Shown here: positions 49,268 through 61,200 of the stretch, piece by piece
How the letters are laid out: every line of letters starts with the position of its first letter
Position numbering within the stretch: position 1 is the first letter of the stretch
From: Mytilus edulis
Lineage: Eukaryota
Direction of reading: 5' to 3'
Length of the DNA stretch: 64,000 bases
Assembly: GCF_963676685.1 (NCBI RefSeq)
Contig: NC_092346.1
Location: 51,336,001 to 51,400,000 of the forward strand
Translations under genes and position numbers: made by a program
Notes under the pieces: generated by a model
Seen by the model: only the letters and a program-made list of their open reading frames with translations
Told to the model about the DNA's origin: nothing
The model's database searches: none

Positions 49268-52200
49268 CTGAAAAATAAATATGTGATGAGTACAATTGGT
49301 GTGGAAAACCCTGAAAAATAAATATATGATGAGTGGATGTTATCAATATATAGTTTGAATAAAAAACTTTCTGAAGGCAAGTCAGGTTAAATACAAGTAA
49401 AATGTTAGCACTGCAATAGGATGTTCCCCAAACAGCACACTATTAACAAAGCCAAAAGAATAATGTCTGCAATACCAGGAGAATGTGAGTTTAATTTGCC
49501 TATGCAGGTGAACATTATTATTTGGAAACAATTTTATCTCCAAATTGCCATCTTTTATAAAAGATTAACTACCATGATGATTGCATCCAGTAGTAATTGA
49601 GTTTGTAAGAAGTTAACTAAATTGGGATTCAACAACAATCTTACAATTATTTGGATAATATAATTTGTTGAACCTGTATCTATAGGTGTCTTGTCCTGTT
49701 AAAATAATATCCTGATTTGCATTACTTATGTGTAAGCTTAGATTTTGGTTTGTATTGATCTGTAAGCTTTCTGAGAAAAATATTCCTCACTAAATATTGA
49801 CCCTTTTTAACACTAATTCTAGCATACATACCACATGGTAATGACCAAGCTATAGACATGATTATATCACCAAGGTAGTTTGGTTTCCTACATAATCCCC
49901 ACCATCCAGATACCAATAATCTATTCCCAATTGTTGTTGGAATAGTTTCCAAATCTGCAAATAAGAATATAAAATAGTTAATGACACTAGAAAATATCTT
50001 GTCTGTTTAAATATGTTTATTATTTCAAAGTTCAAATAACTACAGCTTGCTATGCAGTATGAGTTTTGCTCATTTGTGAAGACCTCACAGTGAACCATAT
50101 TTTCTAACAAGTTTATCATTTGATCTCCTTTGGAGAGTTGTCTCATTGGCAATAAAACCACATCTTCTTATTTTTTACTGATGTCAAGATTAAATGAAAC
50201 TTTTTTTTTTTTTATTAAAAGCACTTTCATAAATTCATATATAAAATAATGTGAAAATTTGTAAAGTTAATGAAGGTTATCAACTACAGTGGTGCAGCAC
50301 AATAAATACTGTTTTTGACTACAGGACCTTGTGTACAATCCTTGTGATGTTTTCATATTCACATGAAAATCCATTTGACCCATACACACAAGAGATTTCA
50401 GATTTTTAATAATCCACCTGAATAGGCCTGACCTGCATGATCTAGAGGAATCTAAAAAGTCTGCTTCAGATTCGAAAAAATTCCAGTCAATCGAAACATT
50501 GTTTTTTTTTAAACTTTTAAACCTAGATTGAGCAATCATTTATTCATTTATGTTTAACAAGTCAAAATAAAGATCCAAACTGACAAAGCAGGGTACAACA
50601 ACATGTATATGCCTTCTATCAAAATAGATCTTTCTGCTAATTTACTGGGAATCTACAATAACTTGTTTTTTGCATTATAATTGCCTATTATCAATACTTA
50701 CGTGATAATGTTGGATTATATGGATTCTTCCTAAATTCATTTTTCTGTGAATTACTTCCTCTGAACATGAAATAACCAATAACTACAATATAAAATGGCA
50801 TTGGATGCATTTCTTTAATTTTAAAAATTATCATTTATTTTTTTCCATTACCTTTTTAATGTCTCAGATATAAAAACCCTCTTAAAGAGGAATACTTGTA
50901 CATAAGGAAGACAAATTCAGAATTAATCATTCATTTCTATTATCAAAATTATCTTATTCACAGTCTGTACCGTTAGCCCCTAAATGCCCCAGACTAGTAA
51001 AACTTAATTCAGAGCAAGGATTTTCAAAATCATATTTAGACACATATTAACATAAAAAAAAAAAAAAAAAATGGTATATTGATTCTTTGGACAAGTAGTT
51101 GAAAAAAATCAGTATTTCAATATATCCCTTTAAAGTTCCTAACAGTTCAGGTACATGTATGACTAATTTTTCAGGTATGTAGCAGGACACTTCTAATTAT
51201 TCTTTAGGCCTTTTTGTAAAAAGGTATTCTACAAAATAAGGTCTGTAAAGTCTTTTTGAGACAACCATCATCCATCTGATATAATATTATAAAAGCTAAA
51301 GGAAAACTACAGCATACAAATTTTGACTTCTCATTTAGATTGTGTTACCAATATTGATTGTCTCTGTCAACAGTAGCATGGCTTTTAATTCATTTAAGGA
51401 ATATTGTTAAATAATGGCACTTAACATCAACTTAATGGAAATAATCAGATGGGTGTTTAAGTCTGGTAACTTTACTTTGGGATAAAAATATTTCCCTGAT
51501 TCTTCCTCAATTTATCCCTTTTTGCACCTATTGTATAAAAAGATTTAATCAACCCCTGGTTCCTTTGATCTCAGCACCTCATTGGTTAAAATCCGATTAT
51601 GATGTTGAATTTTTTTGCTTTCCTCTGGATTTCCTATTGTGACGGCATGAAAAATGGTGACCATGCCTGATGACGTCAGATAAAAAGAACACATCTTTTG
51701 CAGGTCATTCGAAAAGAAGGAATAAGTTTGCCTGTGTATTATTTGAAAATCATTAGAGAAACAGATTCCACCACCAAATCTCGTGTAATACGATATTTAT
51801 CCACTCTTGATAGTTAAAATTTTAAATATTTAAAATGCTCTGCGAGCCTGGCATTTTAAATTTCATTTTGAAATGTAAACTGTCTCGAGTGGATAAATAT
51901 TTTATCACACTTGATGCAGTGGTTGAATCTATATATATAGAAGAAGAGAATCTGCATACATTTATAAGAAAAAAACATCCCCAGCCTCTGACAGGAGGTT
52001 ATAATAATACTTACAGTTTAAGACTCCAATGGCTGCCAAACAATACCAAAATAAATGAACATCATTCTCTGCCAGAAATTTAGTCTGTAGACAGTACAAG
52101 AATGGCACCCAAACAAGATCTCCAAACACTAACATGAACCCAAATCCATCATGTATAATATCCATTGTAGTCAGGATGGCATCCTAAAAATATGAAATAA

Positions 52201-55200
52201 AGTCATGTTCAAATCTATATTGGGTTTTTTAAAATAATTTCACAATGATGCAAAATTTAACAAGCAATGACACAGAATATGTCCCACAAGAATATGAACA
52301 AATTACGTGGTAGCAATCTTTACTTAAAAGATCGTTGAAATTCCATTGCAACTCTTCAAAACAGGAGCAAACATTGACAATGACAGCCTTCATGAAATTA
52401 AATAATTGACAGAAGAGCTGGATGTGGAAAGCAATATCAATTAAAAATTTCTTTAGTTTTATATTGCTTGTCTGGACCATGGGCTTAGGTAAACCTTGAA
52501 GACTTTAGTTACTAATTCAAAAAATAATGATTTAACAAAATATATCTTCCTTTCATTGCTTTATACATGTACCTTTATGTCAGCTCTTTTTTAAAATGAG
52601 TTCCAAACAGTTTCAAAACTTTTTTAATTTTGAAAATATGAACTCTTCAATAAAGTTATACTATTTATAACTAAACAGCTCCAAATATTGATACAGATAT
52701 CAAGTCTTTAACTTACCTCAAACCAAAGAGCATCAGCAACATATAGTGCCTGGAACACAACCACCATTGTAAGGCCAGGAGGGAGAACACCATTGTTCTT
52801 TTGGTAAGCTTCTGTCAAAAATACTAAGTTGATCATTAACCAACCAATCAGACCTGGTCGAAGTTCACAGAAAAACTTCAGGTCAAAGCTTCCTATTCTT
52901 GGATTAAGTTCATGGCCAATGAAGAAGTCATACAAAAAGTTGCCTGTAAAATAAAGCAAAACCAAGGTCATTAAATATGTGTATATGAAACAACTGGCAC
53001 AAATATAAAGTCTTTTCTCTGGAACTGAATTCAAAACTAAGCTAAATACTGAAATCCCATAAGATAAGATAAGATAAATAATAGTTTATTAAAGTGTCAC
53101 ATATTGATCTACATTAAAATACATAACATCATTAAAAAAAGGATCAATACCCAGCCTATAAAGACTTACGAGACACATATAAGATAAACATTGGGCGTCT
53201 TTTTTTTGTACATTATTTTTCAATGAAAGAGCATTAAAAATATTCTTTGTTTAAACCTAAAGGTAAAAAGCCATGTTCAAACTGCAAACTTTTTTTTACC
53301 ATAGACGTTCAGCATCTTCAGGATAGAACATAATGCCCTTAATTTTTTTTTTTTTTTTAGTTTTATTATAAATATTTCATTACCTGTATTTCCACCAGGA
53401 GCTAGACTGGCATTTGGTCCACGACGAGCTTTAATGTACAACAATAGACTCAAAACAAAGCTGAAGATAATTCCACTGGTGATCAACTGTATAAATTTAG
53501 TGTGGACTATCTGAATAGGATATTTCATGTAAACTGCTCCAGTAAAAGCCATTAAACTTACAATCAAGGCAAAGAATCCTGAAATAAAAACATGCATCTC
53601 TTTAAATCATAATGGTATCCAATTCAAATGGATAATATTGTGGTTTACCTATAGAACCAGGACAATTGTTTGAAATGTGATCACGCATAGAAAATATTGA
53701 TTTTTTTTCTAGGTGCGCATGGTATTACTGTTTTCAATTTAAAACTAGTCTGACAAGTCCAAAATTAAGATTTATTCTATATCATATTCTACCAAGCTAT
53801 TCATTGACAACCAGATCAATAACATTTGTTCAACTAAAATGGCGTCCTATTAGTCTTTTGAATACTGATATGAAAATAGCTTCTGCTGTTATAGCTAATA
53901 GACTTAAACCCGTTTAACCATTTGTCATAAGTGACACACAAAAAGGTTTCATTAAAGACAGATTTATGGGTGAGAACACACGCCTTTTATATGATTTGAT
54001 GCACTATCTTGAGGAAAATAATAAGACAGGTCTTTTATTACTTGTTGATTTTGAAAAGGCATTTGATTCCTTGGAATGGTTATTTTTAAAAAATTCTTTG
54101 AAAAGCTTTAATTTTGGGCCTTCTATATGTAGATGGTTTGAAACTTTATACTCAGGGGCATCAAGTTGTGTTATAAATAATGGACACATGTCTAAGTTTT
54201 TTTCATTCAGAAAGAGATTGCAGACAAGGAGATCCTCTTTCTCCTTATCTATTTATAATTGGGGTTGAATTATTATCTTTGAAATTAAAAGGTAATCCTG
54301 ACATAAGGGGAATTACCATCAATGATAATGAATCTCTTTTAAGCATGTACGCAGATGACACATTCCTTATGTTAGATGGAAGGGAAATATCGTTGAGGGA
54401 AACACTTTCATGTTTTGAATCTTTTTATAAAATTTCAGGTTTGAAAATAAATGCTTCAAAGACAAAAGCACTATGGGTTGGAAGTAAAAAATATTCTGAT
54501 CTTATTTTATGTCCCGACTTAAAACTTCATTGGTCACATTCAAATTTTAAACTTTTGGGGATTGAATTTTCTTTAGATTTAAGCTGTATCACAGAAATTA
54601 ATTTTGCTAAGAAAATTAAAGAGGTCTCTGCAATTCTGAAGAGCTGGCAACATCAAAAACTCACATTATTAGGAAAAATTACAATTAAATCACTTGCTCT
54701 TTCAAAGTTGGTCCATTTATTGACTGCATTACCAAACCTATCACACTCCAGGTTAACAGAGCTCACTTCATTATTTTATGATTTCATATGGAATGGAAAA
54801 CCAGACAGAATTAAGCGAAACACACTTATTGGTGATATTTCACAAGGTGGACTTAATATGGTACATCTTCATTCAGTTAATATCTATTTGAAAATTAGTT
54901 GGATAAAAAGACTGCTGGCAAACCCTAGCGGTGGCTGGCAGCAGTTGTTACTGGCAGACCTTATGCAGTATGGGGGTGAAAGGGTTTTAAATCTTCAGAA
55001 AGAAAAGCTGATTGAGATTTCTAAAAGATGTAAAAATTCTTTCTGGAAGGATGTTTTACTATGCTTTTCCGCAGCAAAACCTATTACTGAGATTTCTGTC
55101 AGTGACATTATATTCTTAGATATTTTGAACTTTTCTTCTTTGGATGATTTCCCATATTACATTCAATGGGAAAAGGGGTGTGTGCAGTCAGTAAGTGACC

Positions 55201-58200
55201 TTATTAATCGTGAAAATATGATTTTTTATAAATTTGAACAATTTCAAGAAAAAGTACAAACCTACAATTTTATTAAATATTATGGTTTGTGATAAAAAAT
55301 CCCTAACACTATGAAAAAATGCCTTAAAGAAAACTGTCTAAAACCTAAAAGACTTAACACTGGTGAAGCTTTCTTAAAAAAAATCGGGTGTAATGTGAAA
55401 GCCAAATTTGTATATAAAAACTTAGTAGATGAAGTTATTCAACTGCCAACAATCAAATTTTTGAAATGGGAAAAACTGTTATTAATTGATACTACAGAAT
55501 GGTCAGAGTATTTCATGATAACAAAAAAGTCTTGTAGAGATGCTTATTTAAGAACCTTTCAATATAAATTTTTGCATAGAGTTATAGCAACTAATACCTT
55601 TTTGTACAAAATCAAATTAAAAGATACCTAGTTATTTACTTTTAGTAAACTTGGAGAAGAAACCATTGAACACCTGTTTTTTGAATGCCCAATAACTTTT
55701 CAATTGTGGCAGTCTTTTTCCAATATTGTGAAACTTTTTTTTGTAAATTTTGATTTCAACAAAGAGAATGTGTTTCTTGGTTGCAAACATGAAAGTTTAT
55801 TATTGAATCTGCTAATCATAATTACAAAGAATTATATATACAAATGTAAATTAAATGAAACTAAACCAAATATGATTGAGTTAAAGAATAAAATAAAGAA
55901 ATACCAATTTCTTGAAAATCATATTGCAAAGAAAAATGATAAAGTCCAAGTTTGTAAAAAATTTTGGTCTCCTTTACATGTTATATTTAACTAAGTGTTG
56001 TTTTCATATTATCTATGTTTAGTTCAGAGAAAAGAAATAATTTATAAATTATGTGCAATTTTTTTATAAAAGATACTATAGCTGTTAATTTCTGTGTCAT
56101 TTGGTCTCTTGTGGAGAGTTTTTTCATTTCTCAATCGTAACACATGTTCTCTTTAATACTTTTATTTTCTTCACTTTCAACGAGCATTCCAAAGTAATAT
56201 TATTGCAACTGCAGCAGTCTGCTATTTTTACAAATGTTTGCAATTTTTTTTATTACCATTACATCTGTACTGAAGTCTGTGTCCAGATTTAAGTGGCTGT
56301 CCATTGACAACTTTTCCTATTGGTAACATGTAAAGAAAAGCTTGGAACAGGAACCAACCAACATATATTAATGCAGCTTCCTTGTCCAAATATGTCTGCC
56401 AGTTTGTTGAAATCTTTGGCATTTGCACTCCACATTTATTCTGAAATTGATACAATAAAATTAAAGGTGTGTATGAAAAATAATAATAAACAAGAATGTG
56501 TCCACAGTACATGGATGCCCCACTCGCACTATCATCATCTATGTGCAGTTGACAATGTCATTGGGATCAAAACTCTAATTTGGCCTTAAAATAAGAAAGA
56601 TAATATTATTGGGAACATGTAAATTGAGTTTCAAGTTGATTGGACTTCATAACAAATCAAAGTGCTGGATAGCATCTCTAGAAAGTTTGCAACTGTATAT
56701 GTGTATTATTTCAAATAGGTTATAGACGTGTATTATTTCAAATATGTATTTAATCACAGTTTTGATTTTTCAAACTAAACCATTGTCTCGCTAGCAATTT
56801 CAAAAAAATCACTTTTTATGCCCCATTTACATATTTATGGATATTATTTTTTCTGGTCTGTGCGTCCGTTTGTCTGTCTGTCCCATTCAGGTTAAAGTTT
56901 TTGGTCGAGGTAGTTTTTGATGAAGTCAATTTGAAACTTAGTACACACTAGAACACACTCGTGATATCCCGGGAACGTGACTGAATTAATATACTAAAGT
57001 ATAACTATTCGTAAGCCTTATTACGAGTGAAATAAAGGTTGGCAGGTAGGTGAAACTTAAATATTTCCATACACCAAATATAGTTGACCTATTGCATACA
57101 GTATAAGAAAACAGACCAAAACACAAAAACTTAACTATAACCACTGAACCATGAAAATGAGGTCAAGGTCAGAAGACACCTGCCAGTTGGACATGTACAC
57201 CTTAGTGCTTCCATACACCGAACAGTGTTCTCCCCAGGATTTTTTTAAGGCGCAAAATTCAAGGGCGCGTAACTCCTTTTTTATAGTGAACTTTTGTGAT
57301 CTGAATCAATCAGTCATAAATCATAACATGCAATATAGCTTTGTGTTGTGTGTTTAATAATGTAGTATTAATGAATTTATACAAGAATATATATGAAATA
57401 AATTGATTTTAAACACAAAAGTTATTTATATTCAGTCAATTAAAGAAGTCAAAATATAAATATTCATCTCTGTACTCTCAGCTACTTCTAGGGATATTGT
57501 TTCAAGATAGTGTTATTTTGTTGGACAGTCTGATCCTCAACATTGTCTTAATCCTCTTCAGGGTTGAAAACCCCCTCTCATAATATCTTTTGCTTATACC
57601 CCCTTAATTAACATTTCTATGCCATGAAAACTCAGTCAGCCACTTGTCACTGAAACCAGAAACATGGTGCTTGCTGTTATCTCTTGCTAAAACTTTAGCT
57701 CAGTTGGGATTAGGAGGAGCAATTATAACATCTGCTTATACTGACAGCTGAGTGTAGAGGGAGGTTTGTGTATTCCCCTTTTCATTAGAGGTCACTGATC
57801 TGAAAAAAAACTTCTACATTTGTACTTCCATCATGTCTTAAACTCTTTTGCTTAGAATTCACCCTTTGTTATTTGGAGAGAACATGTTCATTCAGAATTA
57901 ATAAAATCGAATATGGTTAAGATACCGGTAGTTGGTATACAACTTTTTAAAACAAAAATATTTTAATGAACAGCTGACAAGATTCCGTAGTTTGACATTT
58001 ATTTACGCTTCCGTGTACATTATTGTTAAAACCTATCTTTGGCAGGTAGATATAAACCAAATTTTCGTTAAAGTTAAGACCATTGGAATTATTTACTAGT
58101 GACATTATACAGAAGCAGCAGCGATTCCGTACCCGTGTTGATTGTCACATAAAATCATAAAAATGTTCCCGACGCACGGATTCACGATCGATGTTCAATG

Positions 58201-61200
58201 ATCATTTTATTTCTACAAATATGAAAATTAACACGCTGCGGGATCAAGTAGTAAGGGACAGCGGCCAATTAAGACGCTGCTGGATTTACGAAAATATTAT
58301 GAAGGCGCTGCGGCACCCCAGTGTCATATCGGCCTGGGGAGAACACTGCCGAATATACTAGACCTATTGCTTATAGTATCTCAGATATGGACTTGACCAC
58401 CAAAACTTAACCTTGTTCACTGATCCATGAAATGAGGTCAAGGTCAAGTGAACTGTCAAACATGCAAGAGGACCTTGCAAGGTACGCACATACCAAATAT
58501 AGTTATCCTATTACTTATAATAAGAGAGAATTTAACATTACAAAAAATCTTAACTTTTTTTTCAAGTAGTCACTGAACCATGAAAATGAGGTCAAGGACA
58601 TTGGACATGTGACTGACAGAAACTTCGTAACATGAGGCATCCATATACAAAGTATGAAGCATCCAGGTCTCCCACCTTCTAAAATATAAAGCTTTTAAGA
58701 AGTGAGCTAACACCGCCGCTGCCGCAGTAGGATCACTATCCCTTTGTCGAGCTTTCTGCGACAAAAGTCGCAGGCTCGACAATAAGCAAAGACTGCAAAA
58801 TTTCCTTAAAATTACTAATTCAGGGGCAGCAACCTAACAAAGGGTTGTCAGATTCATCTGAAAATTGCAGGGCAGATAGATCTTGACCTGATAAATAATC
58901 TACCCCCATGTCAGATTTGCTCTAAATGCTTTGGTTTTAGAGTTATAAGCCAAAAACTGCATTTTACCCCTATGTTCTATTTTTAGCCATGACGTCCAGT
59001 TTGGTTGGTTTGGCGGGTCACCGGACACAATTTCAAACTAGATACCCCAATGATGATTGTGGCCAAGTTTGGTTAAATTTGGCCCAGTAGTTTCAGAGAA
59101 GATTTTTGTAAAAGTTAACAACGACGACGATGATGACGACGCCGGACGCCAAGTGATGGGAAAAGCTCACTTGGCCCTTTGGGCCAGGTGAGCTAAAAAT
59201 GAACAGATTGATGCCCAATTTATATAATTCCAAGGCCCTCAATCGGCACCAGAAGAGACGAAGCAGCACATCTATTTTGGGTGGGCAAATATCCACTTTT
59301 TGATATGGGATGAGCTGACGTCCCACGGCCCCAGCTTGTCTGGCAAAACAGCCGTTGGACGTCAGAGTTATCTCGGACCAGTATATTGGATATATAGAAA
59401 ATTGAATTCTTTGATTGGTTGTGACGGCTGACAAATTGGACCTCGTTATTTTAGTATTATAGATGAACAAATAACAAATCTGTAAATATTACACCTGCAG
59501 GAATATTACTTGCCAAATAAATCCCTTCCTCAAACTTATGTAGAATGGAAGTATAAATTTTAGTGTCTTCTTGTTTTAAAGGAGTAACTTTGTCTATAAT
59601 GTGGATATTCTTCATGTTAGCTCAGAATACTGCGGTTTCATCCACAACAACAAGTAACAAATCTACCACATGTAGACATGTCTAATGATGTCATGGATAC
59701 AATCAACATGAATGACTGAGTTCATGACCCCTGCAATTTCATCACAGCTACATGTTTACAAACATTTTAAGAGGGTAGACTTTTGTAACTTTTTCATTAT
59801 AAAAGATTGAAAATGGGGAATGTGTCTATTGGACACAGATGAAAATCCCACTTGCATATCATATAAAGTTATAAAGGGACATAACTGAAGAACGGTAAAA
59901 GTGATGCTACACAAATTTGTACTTGATCTATGTTTTGTGGTAATAAATACAGGGTTCATTGAAGCCGGTAGCCGGCGGAAATCCGCCGCTTACGGTGGCT
60001 TCAAGTGCCGGCTACTTCACTGCCAAAAAAATAAGTTCAAAAAGAAAAAAATATCTTTTTCAAATGTTTACAGGCAGCCGAGAGACGTATATTGTCGCAA
60101 AGTCGCGGTCACGATAAACAAGGATGAAAAGTCAATGTTTACCTTGGGCTAAATATAATTCACATGAATTCAGGTCACTGATTGGTTGTCTATTTAAAGT
60201 CAGAATGCATCGTTTCTTTTCAAAGATAACAAGAGAGACGTTCCGGTGGTCATTGAACGATAACAATAGAGACGTTCCGATGGTCATTAACTCGTTGGCT
60301 TTTTTGGGCTTTTAAAACGTGAAGACAATCAGATAGGATGACAATCTTATGTTATGGAATAATATTAGTCAAATTAAAGAAAGTGTAGTAGATCATATTG
60401 TTCAGAATCTGGAAAACAGTATCTTTTGAAGTTCATTTTTCAAAGCCCACGTGGTGTTCAGAGAATCAAGGTCAAAAACGAAAGTAGAATATTGTCGACT
60501 CAACCTCAAATAAATAACATTTCCAAATGATTTATGTATCCGACTTATTGAACAGTTTACAAAAACAAAAGAGAAAATCAGAGGATATATCAATTTTCTG
60601 TCAATGCTTGAGAAATAAATAGTTATGCAAAATAAATCGATCAAGATTTCTAACAAACCGGATGATTATTTAAATAAAACTCCTTTAAAAGTAAATGAAT
60701 TTTAAGCATAAGGTAATGAAAATGAAAAAACTGACATAAAAAAAAAAATGAAATTTCTTAGAGTTTTTTTTTTTTTCTTTCTTTAATTTCATACATAAAA
60801 AATGGTCATTTGAAAGATTAAATTAGGTGCCAGGAGATTGCGAGAATGCAGGATTTTGCTCTATTTATGCCAGAGCTTCTGGGGGCCATGAGCAGCCCCC
60901 AGACCCCCTGCCGTAAGGCACCAAGCTTACAGCTTGGTGGGCGTCCGGCTTCGCCGAACGCATGTTATAGCCGCCTATAATTTTAATTCAGCCTTCTACT
61001 TCCATTTCAATGGAAAGCCCTGTAAATAGTGTGTATTAGTTTCATAATATTTGATTGATTAAAAGAGTTATTACCCTTTCATGATAATATTAACTAAAAC
61101 AAAATGGCCATCACCTATACAATGACATTTAACTTTGCATACATGTACACAACCACACAATTCGAACTTCATGACCTGACACCACCTATACAAAAACAAT

